Part shown: one piece after another, positions 9,501 to 17,691 of the stretch
Numbering within the stretch: the stretch's first letter is position 1
How the letters are laid out: each line of letters begins with the position of its first letter
DNA from: Phycisphaera mikurensis NBRC 102666
Lineage (GTDB): Bacteria; Planctomycetota; Phycisphaerae; Phycisphaerales; Phycisphaeraceae
Assembly (NCBI RefSeq): GCF_000284115.1
Contig: NC_017080.1
Coordinates: 3,420,001 to 3,452,000, forward strand
Direction: 5' to 3'
Length of the DNA stretch: 32,000 bases
Position numbers and translations under genes: made by a program
The notes under the pieces: generated by a model
Told to the model about the DNA's origin: nothing
Seen by the model: only the letters and a program-made list of their open reading frames with translations
Database searches by the model: none

Positions 9501-11949
9501 TCTCGACCATCAGGTCGCCGGCGAAGTAGGCGTTGATCTCCTCGACCGCGTCCATCGACTCGACCCGCGAACGGACCGTCCCGAGGATCCGTTCCGCCGC
9601 CCGGGCGAGCGTGTCGGCCCGCTGGTTCTTCTGCTCGACGAGCGCGAGCCTTCGCTGCTCGAAGGCCGCGAGCACCTCCTCGCGCTTCTCGATGAGCACC
9701 CCGACGAAGTCGTCGAAGCCGCCGAAGCTCGCTTCGAGTTCCTCGACCTGGACCATCAGCTTCGCGAGCGAGGCGTCGGCCTTCTCGGGCGTGTCGGCCA
9801 GCTCCAGCGCGTTGGTGATGCTCTGCTCCAGCAGCTTCAGCCGGGAGGCGAACTCGGCGGCGCCTTCCTGTTGGCCCAGCTCCTGCCGCCGGGCCCGCAG
9901 CCGGGAGCGGGTGGCGTTCAACCGGGAGAAGACCTCGGAGATCGCCTCGACCACCGCGGTCCGCTGCGTCGCGTCGTCGATGTCGAGGTTGTTGACGACG
10001 TCGATCAGCAGCTCCAGCTCGCCGGCTGCCTCGGCGACTTCGTCGCCGAGGGCTTCGGCCTCGGCCGCGGTGGCGAGGGCACCGACGGCTTCGTCCTGCG
10101 CCCGGACCCGATCGCGGTACGGGTCCAGCGCGTCGTCGCGGAGCAGGAACGAGAGCGTCTTCTGCGAGACGGCCTCGGTCTGATCGACGACCTCGGCCTC
10201 CATCGCCTCGACCTCGCCCGGGTCGACATGCCGCAGCTCGCGGAGGCCGATGACCTCGCCGCGGACCGCCCGCAGCGCCGCGAGCGTCTCGACGTACCCG
10301 CCGACCTCGTCGGGGTTCGCCACGCGGGCCGAGGCGATCGCGGCGTCGACCTCCGACCGCACCTCCGCGACGGCCCGGGCCGTCTCGCGTCGCTGCCGGG
10401 TCAGCTTCTCGTACTCCCCCACCGCCGCGGCCGCCGCGTCGCGGATGCCCGCCAGCGGCTCGGCCACCCGCGCGGCGGCATCTTCTCCTAGCCAGAAGTA
10501 GGTGTCCAGCAGGTCACCGGCCTGCTTGACGAGGTCGGCGTACAGCGATTGGTAGAGGTCCTCCCGCGTCGCGAGCCCGAGCACCTGCCGGGCCTCGGCC
10601 ATGGCCCGGACCACGTCGCGGTTGCCGATCCGCTTGAGCGGGTTGTCGTCCCCCCCGCCGGCCACCGCGGGCGCGACGTGGTCGGGCCCCACGAACGGAG
10701 TCGTCCAGTTCTGCACCGCGTGGTGCTTCTGCGGCTCGGCGCCCTCCGGAGACTTGAACAGCAGCAGCCGCCCGTCGTCGCGGAAGGCGTAGCCGTTGCA
10801 CACGATCGGCGCGGCGACTTGGCGGGCGATCAGGTTGTACGCGAACAGCACGTAGACGCCCCGCTCCCGCTGGTAGAAGACGTAGAGGAAGTCCTCTCCA
10901 TTCGGAGACACGACCCTGCGGTCGAAGGTGAGCCCGCCCGGGGCCGCCACCAGGTCCGCCACCGCCGCGAACACCTGCTTCTCGCCGGTGGCGAGGTACA
11001 CGCCGTCGGCGGTCATCACGCCCTGGTCCTCGGGCAGCAGCACCGCGGCAGTGCCCAGGCCGTCGGCCCGGACCGCGGTGCCGAGCTTCGTGTTGAAGAC
11101 GAAGTGCCGCCACGCCTTCTCGCGGTACGGGCGGATGCGCAGCAGGACCAGCGGGCCCTCGACCACGTACAGCACGTCGGCGTCGTCGAGGCCCTGGTCC
11201 GGCTCGTCCACCGGCTCGGCCAGGATGCCCTCGCCCGTCTCGGTGTTGTTCTCGACCTTGATGGTCAGGTCGCCCCCGGTGGTCTCGACGAAGACCAGGT
11301 CCTCGATCGAGTAGTGCGGGAACCGCCCGCCGGTCTGCATGTCGCGGGTCACGCGTTTCCACGCGAAGTCGTGCTGGGGCGGGTAGGTGACCTCGTGGTC
11401 GGATCGATTGCCGAGGTAGGCCAGACCTTCTCCTTCTTGTCCTGACTCGCCGGGGGCGAATGCCCACTTGAACGCCTTGAAGTCGTCGACGGTCCGGCCG
11501 GTCCGGAACTTCATGTAGACGTGGGGCCCGCGGCGGAAGAACTTGGTGAAGCGTGCGTCCTTGTAGAAGCGCATCAGGTCGGTGAAGTCCTTCCTGAAGC
11601 TCTCGTTCTCCAGCAGCCCGAGGCCGTCGTCGTGGAAGACCGCTTCGTCGTCCTGCCGGTAGCAGGCGAAGACGTCGCCGAGGTCGACGGTGCTCTTGAG
11701 GCCGAAGTGCACGTTGAAGCCCATCAGCACGCGGTCGCCGACGGCCACGATGTCCCGCGGCACGCAGGCGTGCGCCGTGGTCACCCGCGAGGTGCCGGCC
11801 AGCGCGAGCTCGACGCTGCCGAACGCCTCCTTCCGCTTCGCGTTGAGCGCCTCGAGCCGCTCCCGCAGCTCTCTCGCCTGCGCATCGAGCCGCCCGCGGA
11901 GCACGTCGTAGGAAGACCGGTCGAGCTGTTCGGGTGGGGCGTCAGGCAT
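6547..11949 (-). CDS. Giant AAA+ ATPase, DUF3686 / 'DNA repair ATPase' family, with long coiled-coil middle region
   Basis: 1800 aa. N-term VLMGFNVHFGLKSTVDLGDVFACYR...; coiled-coil centre; Walker A LLISPPGYGKTTLMEYVCARLG (~8089-8118); Walker B VMVYVDDIQH (~7901-7930); VVMAGNPYTESGEAFRIPDMLSNRAD after the AAA core. Confidence 0.88.
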   Translation of the reverse strand: MPDAPPEQLDRSSYDVLRGRLDAQARELRERLEALNAKRKEAFGSVELALAGTSRVTTAHACVPRDIVAVGDRVLMGFNVHFGLKSTVDLGDVFACYRQDDEAVFHDDGLGLLENESFRKDFTDLMRFYKDARFTKFFRRGPHVYMKFRTGRTVDDFKAFKWAFAPGESGQEGEGLAYLGNRSDHEVTYPPQHDFAWKRVTRDMQTGGRFPHYSIEDLVFVETTGGDLTIKVENNTETGEGILAEPVDEPDQGLDDADVLYVVEGPLVLLRIRPYREKAWRHFVFNTKLGTAVRADGLGTAAVLLPEDQGVMTADGVYLATGEKQVFAAVADLVAAPGGLTFDRRVVSPNGEDFLYVFYQRERGVYVLFAYNLIARQVAAPIVCNGYAFRDDGRLLLFKSPEGAEPQKHHAVQNWTTPFVGPDHVAPAVAGGGDDNPLKRIGNRDVVRAMAEARQVLGLATREDLYQSLYADLVKQAGDLLDTYFWLGEDAAARVAEPLAGIRDAAAAAVGEYEKLTRQRRETARAVAEVRSEVDAAIASARVANPDEVGGYVETLAALRAVRGEVIGLRELRHVDPGEVEAMEAEVVDQTEAVSQKTLSFLLRDDALDPYRDRVRAQDEAVGALATAAEAEALGDEVAEAAGELELLIDVVNNLDIDDATQRTAVVEAISEVFSRLNATRSRLRARRQELGQQEGAAEFASRLKLLEQSITNALELADTPEKADASLAKLMVQVEELEASFGGFDDFVGVLIEKREEVLAAFEQRRLALVEQKNQRADTLARAAERILGTVRSRVESMDAVEEINAYFAGDLMVEKLRDLADELGGMDDRVREGDLRAGLKAAKEDAVRRLKDRLDLQGGGRDTIRFGRHTFAISTQPIDLTLVHRDDTPVLHVTGTQFFEEVADPRLRGASARWDQALVSESASVYRAEYLAYLMLEAGAGTSVEAVQAYMAPRYAEGYVKGVHDADAAKILSALVELRDTLGTLRFSAPARVLAQLWWEAGATDDERKLWHLRLANAAAAASPGPASRNAEDTEAQRHRGGTEAEADAADRGGFPALEATVRGFAEEVGGFTAEQADEAVAVLAAEVGLAGIGGEVRFAASGGAVASAASLRETAGEPLAAALEAAPDAVERFRLARTWDRDPEVALRLAGGENNLRVLDASPTRSVENLVGDHPRIRGGELTIDYPVWVPRMRRFATAGVAAFEAFSDTKHEVLKEARDQMRLDTFKPKVLTSFVRNRLLDEVFLPLIGDNLAKQIGTAGADTRTDRMGLLLLISPPGYGKTTLMEYVCARLGMVFLKINGPALGHGVTSLDPAEATNAAAKEELQKLNLGFEMGDNVMVYVDDIQHTNPAFLQKFISLCDAQRRIEGVRHGKPKAYDFRGRRVAVVMAGNPYTESGEAFRIPDMLSNRADTYNLGDIIGAHGDAFEMSYLENALTSNPALNPLATATRDDVHRVIRLAGGASPDGVEFDGSFPPDELAEMVEVVRKLARVRDVILKVNLAYIASAGQDDDYRTEPPFLLQGSYRNMNRIAEKVSAVMNDAELRELIVSAYEQDAQTLTTGAEANLLKFRELVFGLTPEQEERWVEIKSAFVRNNSVRALGGDATAAAIAELSKISGSAASVAAAVSSGDATAAAIAELSKISGSAASVAAAVSSGDATAAAIAELSKVNAAIGGIASAVRDGRLPPAPVNLEVDVAGIVAALEAAAAKLDGSQRSRGERATGDTHPQEIRVVNKIPDTFLYVMKEQFEIMQSWIEPFAQVNARQDGQLTELQQTLDKLTHRWGRVIDKLENSDRS
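6939..7139 (-). repeat. 81-bp in-frame tandem repeat (about 2.5 units) encoding ISGSAASVAAAVSSGDATAAAIAELSK
   Basis: Identical phase recurs exactly 81 bp apart (TGATCTTGCT at 7011 and 7092); translation shows (SGSAASVAAAVSSGDATAAAIAELSKI)n. Confidence 0.9.
8805..8872. repeat. ACAGAGG-type dispersed repeat unit lying in frame inside the ATPase gene
   Basis: CCTCTGCCTCTGTGCCTCCTCTGTGCCTCTGTGCCTCCGTGTCCTCTGCGTTCCGCGAAGCG, related to the arms at 12001 and 12450. Translated as FRNAEDTEAQRHRGGTEAEADAADRG in the ATPase. Confidence 0.8.
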
Positions 11950-12000
11950 CAGCGGTGTCGCTCGTGGTTCGGATGCTGCGGGGCGGGAGGTGTACGAGCG

Positions 12001-12509
12001 GCGCTTCGCTTGATCACAGAGAGCACAGAGGCACAGAGGCCACAGAGAGGCACAGAGGTTGGGGCTCAGGCTTGGTCGGCGATCACGCGGCGGCTGTGGT
12101 CTCGGATGTTGTCGCCGTGGAAATTGATCAGGAGGCCCAGTGGCAACTGCATTGCGCGGAGATAAGTGATGACCTGGTCGCGATGAGCATCGTGGAGTCG
12201 CTCTACAGCCTTCAACTCGATCACGAGCTCGCCCTCGACAAGGAGATCCACCTTTCCTTCGCCAACCACCACGTCCTTGTAAACCAGCCGGACCGAAACC
12301 TGCCGCTCGAAGGAGATGCCACGCGAACCCAACTCGACAGCCAGCGCATTCTCGTAGGTCTGCTCCCTGAATCCCGCACCCAGTGCCGAATGCACCTCCA
12401 TGGCGGCACCCAACACCCGCCCGGTCAGTTCGCTGTCGCTCATCTTCTTCCTCCGTGCCTCTCTCTGTGGCCTCTGTGCCTCTGTGCTCTCCGTGTTCAA
12501 GCGAAGCGC
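12001..12509. mobile_element. Inverted-repeat-bounded cassette carrying a GxxExxY-family gene
   Basis: Left arm 12001-12058 GCGCTTCGCTTGATCACAGAGAGCACAGAGGCACAGAGGCCACAGAGAGGCACAGAGG. Right arm 12450-12509 is its reverse complement with 3 mismatches and one 2-nt indel. The CDS lies between. Confidence 0.7.
12066..12443 (-). CDS. GxxExxY family protein (PD-(D/E)XK-like)
   Basis: MSDSELTGRVLGAAMEVHSALGAGFREQTYENALAVELGSRGISFERQVSVRLVYKDVVVGEGKVDLLVEGELVIELKAVERL...QVITYLRAMQLPLGLLINF, with GFREQTY = GxxExxY and a D-(x)n-E-x-K pattern (KVDLL...VIELKA). Confidence 0.88.
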   Translation of the reverse strand: MSDSELTGRVLGAAMEVHSALGAGFREQTYENALAVELGSRGISFERQVSVRLVYKDVVVGEGKVDLLVEGELVIELKAVERLHDAHRDQVITYLRAMQLPLGLLINFHGDNIRDHSRRVIADQA

Positions 12510-12534
12510 TGCCCGCACGCAGCTGACTCCCGAA

Positions 12535-14532
12535 TCACCCCCCGATCTCGCTGAGGCGTTTGTCGCTCGCGCCCGTGGCTTTGGCGAGGCCGAGCAGGCC
12601 TTTCAGCTCGCCGAGCAGGCCCTCGTCGTCGGAAGAGGCCATGGCTTTGCCGAGCAGCGCGGCGATGGTGAGGTTCTTCACGTCCTCCGAGGACACGCCG
12701 GTCTGCTGGACGAGCTCCTTGAGCCGGCCGCCGAACTCGCCGTTGGACAAAGCTCCCCCCGGGCCGTCGCCGGAGAGCTGAGACGCGATGCGCTCGACGT
12801 GCTTGGAGTTGTCGACGAAGCGGTCGACCTGCTTGCCGCGGGTGATCGCGTTGATGAGGTTGTCGAAGAAGACGCCGTCGCCGCCGACGATGTCGATGTT
12901 CGCGGACTTGAGCGCCTCGGCCAGCACCCTCGCCTGCTCGGCGGCGATGTCCTTCTGGATGCCAATCTCGGCGAGCTCGACCTGGAGCCTCCGCTCCAGC
13001 TCCAGCTTGAACTCCTCGTGCTCCTTGCCCACGCCGTCGAGCTTCCGCATCGCCTCGGCCTTGGCCGCGACGGCCTCGGCCTCGGCGTTGCCCTTGGCCC
13101 GCATCACCTGCGCCTCGGCGGCGCCGTACTTGTCGAGCGCCCCGGCCTGGGCGTCCATCACCTCGGCTTCGGCCAGGCCCGCGGCGGCCTTCTCGGCCTG
13201 CAGCGCCTCGGCCATCTTCATCTTGCCCAGCGCCTCCTGCTCGGCCGCCTCGCGGTGGGCGCCCGCCTCGATGAGGATTTCCTCGGCCTGGAACTTCGCG
13301 GCCAGCTGCCCGGCCTCGGCCTTCTGCACTTCCTGCACCTTGGCCTCCTCCGCCTTGGCCTGGGCCGCGGTGACGCTGACGGTCTTCGCCCGCTCGGCGG
13401 CGGCGACCTCTTCGGTGTCCTTGATCTTCTCCTGCTCCTCGACGACCGCCCGCTCGACGACGACCCGCTCGCGGATGACGTCCTGGATCTGGCGGCGCTG
13501 CTCCTCGAGCGCCTTCTCCTTCTCGATCTCCGCCAGCTCCACCACGCGCTCGCGCTCGGTCGCTTCGAGCCCCTTCTCCCGCAGCACGCGCTCGCTCTCG
13601 ACGGCGTCGGTCTTCTCCTTGGCCTTGGCCGCGACCAGGATCTGGCGGAGCTTGTTCTGCTCGGCGATGCCCAGCTCCTCCTCGGTGCTGATGCGGGCCC
13701 GCTCGCTCTTGAAGCGTTCCTCCTCCTCGACCTTCTGGGCCTCGGCCTGCTCACGGGCCTTGACGCTGGCGATCTCGCGGGCCTGGCGGTCTTCCGCCTC
13801 CTCCTGCTGACGCTCGAGCTCGAGGATCGCCTCGCGGGCCTCGACGTCCTGCTTCTTGATCGTCTTCTCCTTCTCGCGGGCGATGCTGTTGGACAGCACC
13901 GCCTCTCTCGCGGTCAGGTCGGTGATCTTCTTGATCCCCTCGGCGTCGAGGATGTTGCTGGGATCGAGCTGCTTGAGGTCGGTCTGCTCGAGGTAGTCGA
14001 TCGCCGCGTCGTCGAGCACGTAGCCGTTCAGGTCCGTGCCGATGTGGGCGAGGATCTCGTTCTTGAACTTCTCCCGCTCGGTGTAGAGCTCGGTGAAGTC
14101 GAAGCTCTTGCCGACGGTCTTGAGCGCCTCGGAGAACTTGGCGTCGAAGAGGTCCACCAGCGCCTGGATGTCGCTGGCCCGGCGGCAGCCGATGCTCTGG
14201 GCGACCTGCAGCACGTCGGCGCTGGCGTTGTTCACGCGGACGAAGAAGGCGACCTTGATGTCGGCCCGGACGTTGTCCTTGCAGTTGAGCCCCTCGGAGC
14301 CGTGGCGGTAGATCTCGATCCGCTTCACCGAGATGTCCATGAACTCGGCGCGGTGCATGATCGGGATCACCGGGATCCCCGAGAAGGTGACCTTCGTGGG
14401 ACCCACGCCGGTCCGCACCAGCGCGGTGCCCTGCTCGACCTTCACGAAGAACTTCGCGAGCATCGTGAGGAAGCCCACGGCGATGACCAGGAGCCCGACG
14501 ACGACGACGGCGATGACGATGGCGGTTTGCAT
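12535..14532 (-). CDS. Flotillin / SPFH (band 7) family protein, YqiK-like
   Basis: N-terminal TM helix, SPFH domain (FVKVEQGTALVRTGVGPTKVTFSGIPVIPIMHRAEFMDISVKRIEI), long Glu/Ala-rich coiled coil and a flotillin-type C-terminal domain. Confidence 0.9.
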   Translation of the reverse strand: MQTAIVIAVVVVGLLVIAVGFLTMLAKFFVKVEQGTALVRTGVGPTKVTFSGIPVIPIMHRAEFMDISVKRIEIYRHGSEGLNCKDNVRADIKVAFFVRVNNASADVLQVAQSIGCRRASDIQALVDLFDAKFSEALKTVGKSFDFTELYTEREKFKNEILAHIGTDLNGYVLDDAAIDYLEQTDLKQLDPSNILDAEGIKKITDLTAREAVLSNSIAREKEKTIKKQDVEAREAILELERQQEEAEDRQAREIASVKAREQAEAQKVEEEERFKSERARISTEEELGIAEQNKLRQILVAAKAKEKTDAVESERVLREKGLEATERERVVELAEIEKEKALEEQRRQIQDVIRERVVVERAVVEEQEKIKDTEEVAAAERAKTVSVTAAQAKAEEAKVQEVQKAEAGQLAAKFQAEEILIEAGAHREAAEQEALGKMKMAEALQAEKAAAGLAEAEVMDAQAGALDKYGAAEAQVMRAKGNAEAEAVAAKAEAMRKLDGVGKEHEEFKLELERRLQVELAEIGIQKDIAAEQARVLAEALKSANIDIVGGDGVFFDNLINAITRGKQVDRFVDNSKHVERIASQLSGDGPGGALSNGEFGGRLKELVQQTGVSSEDVKNLTIAALLGKAMASSDDEGLLGELKGLLGLAKATGASDKRLSEIGG

Positions 14533-14582
14533 GGGGTTTCTCGGCCTTGGGTGGTCAGGGGGTCAGGAAGCAGGGAGCAGAG

Positions 14583-14716
14583 CCGCAGAGGACGCAGATG
14601 GCCGCAGAGGGAAGAGGGGAAGGATCGAGTTGGACTGGAGCAGCAGCTGAAGGGACGGAGCTGGGGGTTGTGCGGGAGCCTGGTCTCGGCTTTGCGTTCC
14701 TCTGCGTCCTCTGCGG
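14583..14716. repeat. Small inverted-repeat pair (16-bp perfect arms CCGCAGAGGACGCAGA / TCTGCGTCCTCTGCGG) spanning 134 bp
   Basis: Arms 14583-14598 and 14701-14716 are exact reverse complements, in the gap between the flotillin and NfeD-like genes. Confidence 0.75.
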
Positions 14717-14743
14717 GTTGACTCGGATCGACTCACCACGACC

Positions 14744-15379
14744 TCAGAACGCGGCGACGTAGTAGACGCGGGACTCGTCGTCCTCCGCGACCAGGACGGC
14801 TTCGTCGCCCTTGTTCAGGACGACGCTCTCGTCGCGGGTGCGGGCGTGGAGCTTGAGGGGGGCGCCGGCGGTGGCGACCTCGACCTGGCCGCCGCGGGTG
14901 TCGACGGTCAGCGAGGAGACGGTGCAGCGGCGGCCGAGCAGCTTCAGGTTGCTTTCGGCCTCGCTGTCGGCCTCCATCGTCTTGACCATTCTTGCGATCG
15001 GCATCGTCACGAGCTTCATGACGATCAGCGAGACGAGCAGCACGGGGACGAAGAAGAGCAGCTGGAAGAGCAGGCCCCAGCCGCCGAAGACCGGGTACGC
15101 GAGCACGCCGATGGCCCAGAGCGACAGCAGCAGCACCGACCACAGGACCAGGATCGGCACGCGGCCGACGTTGAGGAACTCCAGCGTGTCGCCGACGAAG
15201 CCGTGGGCGCCGACGTCGCCGTCCACGTCGGCGTCGCCGGCGTCGAAGTCCAGGTCCAGCGAGTCGATGCCGACGGCACCGAGGATCACCACGAGCCAGT
15301 AGAGGCCCGTGACGCACAGCAGCACGCTCAGCACCAGGTTGACCGGGCTCGCGACGCAGGCGTTGAAGAAGTCGATCAC
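14744..15379 (-). CDS. OB-fold / NfeD-like integral membrane protein, YqiJ-like
   Basis: Probable GTG start at 15379: VIDFFNACVASPVNLVLSVLLCVTGLYWLVVILGAVGIDSLDLD...; further TM helices; C-terminal beta-rich domain LLGRRCTVSSLTVDTRGGQVEVATAGAPLKLHARTRDESVVLNKGDEAVLVAEDDESRVYYV. Immediately upstream of the flotillin gene. Confidence 0.8.
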   Translation of the reverse strand: MIDFFNACVASPVNLVLSVLLCVTGLYWLVVILGAVGIDSLDLDFDAGDADVDGDVGAHGFVGDTLEFLNVGRVPILVLWSVLLLSLWAIGVLAYPVFGGWGLLFQLLFFVPVLLVSLIVMKLVTMPIARMVKTMEADSEAESNLKLLGRRCTVSSLTVDTRGGQVEVATAGAPLKLHARTRDESVVLNKGDEAVLVAEDDESRVYYVAAF

Positions 15380-15528
15380 CAAGTCCGCCCTTCGCCACGC
15401 GGTCGCTCCCGGGTTGCGGCCGCGTGGGGAGGCTCGGAAACTCCCCCGGGGGGAGACTCGCATTCTAAAGGTTTCCGCGGACCGTGGAGGTTCCCGCCGC
15501 CTGTGCGTCGCGGTCCGCGGGTGCGGCG

Positions 15529-17655
15529 TCAGCGGGTCCAGGCGCGGCCCGCCAGCGCTTCGAGCACGAGCAGAGCGAGCACGACCCAGAGCAGACCGGC
15601 GGCGAGGGAGGCCCGCGCCGGGTCGCCGGCGAAGGCGGCGGCGGGGTCGTCGGCGGGGAGGAACGCGACGGGCCCGAGGCCGGCGTACGCGGCGGCGACG
15701 CGGGAGGCCGCCTGGCCGGTGGTGTCGGCCGGGGCGGGCGAGACCACGGTTCCGCCGGAGAGGCCGGCACGGCCGCCCGTCGCGTCGCCCGCGGCGGCGA
15801 CGGCCGGCTCCGCCTCGGCGCGGGCGGCGACGGCGGCGAGCAGGCCGTCGCGCAGCAGCGCGGGGAAGAGCGGCTTGGCCGGCAGGTTCGTCCAGGCGGG
15901 ATCGAGGGCGGTGGCGAGGTAGACGACGCGGCCGGCGGCCTCGGCGGAGCGGGCGGAGGCGGTGAGCGGCACGCCCGCGGCGGAGCGGATCCAGACGTCG
16001 GCCGGATCGACGCCGGCCGGCGCCGCGAGCCGATCGATGCGGAGCGGGCGGAGAAGCGCCTCCCACTGGCCGGCGAGCAGCGCGAGCGTCGCGGGAGCGG
16101 GCCGGGAGGCGTCGGCGCGGATGGGCCCCTCGGCGCCCTCCGCCGCGGGGGACGGCCGCCACGGGAGGCCCAGCGCCTCGAACAGCGCGCCCAGGCCGGC
16201 TCCGGGCTCGTCTTCGGGTGCCGCGGCGGAGGGCGTGACCCAGGCGGCACCGCCGGCGGCGACGAACGCGGCGACGGACGCGCGGCCCGCCGGGCCCAGC
16301 GCGGCGGGGTCGAGCGTGACGACGGCGTCGAGCGTGTCGTCGCCGCCTCCGGGCGGGACCAGCGCCACCGGCGAGCCGAGCGGGCGGACCGCAAAGCCGG
16401 TGCCCTCCCCCAGCGCCGCGGCGGCGAAGTCGGAGGGCGCGAGGCCGCCGTCGGCCGATTCCCCGCCGAGCAAGCCCACGCGCACGGCCTCCACCAGCTC
16501 CACGCGGGCGAGGCCGGCGTCGTCGGCGGCGACGGCGTCGCCGGCGGGCGGATCCAGCGTGGCGAGCAGCAAACGGCGGCCGGGCGCGAGCGGCTCGGGC
16601 GCCTCCAGCGGGACGCGCACGACCGCCTCGGCGACGCCGGCGTCGAGGGTGACCTCGCGGCGGCCGGTTGCGAGCGCCGGCCGCTCCGCGAGCGCCGCGA
16701 GCGGGGTGAAGCCGGCGGCGGCCGCGGGTTCGACCAGCTTGACGACGACGGAGGCGTCGGCCGCCGCGCCGGCGGCGCCCGCGGCTTCGCCCGCCCGGCG
16801 GACCCGCACGAGGGCCTCGAGCCGGCCCGCCGAGCGGGACGCGGCGGCGTCACCCGCCGCGACCACCGCCCGCGTCGGGCGGACGCCGCCGAGGGCGAGG
16901 TTCGGCACGCCGGCCGCCGGCCGCGACAGCCAGACCCGCGGACCCACGCCGTTTCCGCCCTCCGGGGCCCACGGTCCGCGGCCGGCCACGCCCTCCTCGG
17001 GGAAGTGGGGGGAGAGCACGACCACCGCGGCCTCGCGGCCGGCGGCGGCGTCGGCACGGGCCGCCTCGGCGACGCGCGGGAGCACAGCCTCCCGGGCTGG
17101 CGCGGCGTCGGTCACGCCAAGGCCGGCGACCCGCTGGCGGGCGGCCGCGGGGGCAAGCGACGGCGGATCGCCGGCGTCCCCGCCGCCGGCGAGCGGCCAG
17201 ATCCGCACGCGGTCCGCGGGGTCGAGCGAAGCGAGCACGGCGTCGGCTTCACGCAGGGAGCGGGCGAGGAAGGCGTCTTCCTCGCCCGGCAGCCGTGCAC
17301 CCGACGCGATCCCGTTGTCGATCACGAGGTCCACCGACCGCCCCGCGGCCCCGGCGACCCCCAGCGCCGAGGCGAGCCGCCCGCTCACCAGCGGCCCCGC
17401 CAGCGCGAGCCCGAGCAGCACGAGCAGCAGGCAGCGGCAGCCCAGCAGCAGCCACCGCTCGAAGCGGAGCCGGCGACGCTGCTTCTGGATGGCCTCCCGC
17501 AGGAAGCGCATCGCCGCCCACGGGCGCTGCTTGCGGCGTCGCCGCGAGAGCAGGTGCAGCGTGACCGGCACCGCCACCGCCGCGACGCCCGCCACCGCGA
17601 GCGCCGGCGCGACCAGCGAGGCGGCGGCCTGGGCGAGAACGAACGGAGCCTGCAT
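15529..17655 (-). CDS. BatA-domain (aerotolerance regulator N-terminal) membrane protein
   Basis: FVLAQAAASLVAPALAVAGVAAVAVPVTLHLLSRRRRKQRPWAAMRFLREAIQKQRRRLRFERWLLLGCRCLLLVLLGLALAGPL is the BatA N-terminal signature; C-terminal TM plus Arg tail. Confidence 0.85.
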   Translation of the reverse strand: MQAPFVLAQAAASLVAPALAVAGVAAVAVPVTLHLLSRRRRKQRPWAAMRFLREAIQKQRRRLRFERWLLLGCRCLLLVLLGLALAGPLVSGRLASALGVAGAAGRSVDLVIDNGIASGARLPGEEDAFLARSLREADAVLASLDPADRVRIWPLAGGGDAGDPPSLAPAAARQRVAGLGVTDAAPAREAVLPRVAEAARADAAAGREAAVVVLSPHFPEEGVAGRGPWAPEGGNGVGPRVWLSRPAAGVPNLALGGVRPTRAVVAAGDAAASRSAGRLEALVRVRRAGEAAGAAGAAADASVVVKLVEPAAAAGFTPLAALAERPALATGRREVTLDAGVAEAVVRVPLEAPEPLAPGRRLLLATLDPPAGDAVAADDAGLARVELVEAVRVGLLGGESADGGLAPSDFAAAALGEGTGFAVRPLGSPVALVPPGGGDDTLDAVVTLDPAALGPAGRASVAAFVAAGGAAWVTPSAAAPEDEPGAGLGALFEALGLPWRPSPAAEGAEGPIRADASRPAPATLALLAGQWEALLRPLRIDRLAAPAGVDPADVWIRSAAGVPLTASARSAEAAGRVVYLATALDPAWTNLPAKPLFPALLRDGLLAAVAARAEAEPAVAAAGDATGGRAGLSGGTVVSPAPADTTGQAASRVAAAYAGLGPVAFLPADDPAAAFAGDPARASLAAGLLWVVLALLVLEALAGRAWTR

Positions 17656-17691
17656 CGGCGGACGCTACGGGAGCGGACGGACGCCCGCGGG

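Noticed and set aside
12001-12509. CRISPR array suggested by repeated CACAGAGG units
   Set aside because: Units are short, directly abutting or degenerate, with no regular spacers, and arranged as two inverted arms around a CDS. No cas genes are present.
12066-12518. Longer start (12518) for the GxxExxY CDS
   Set aside because: The extra N-terminal residues NTESTEAQRPQREARRKK are translated repeat arm; homologues typically begin near MSDSELTG, so the start at 12443 is preferred.
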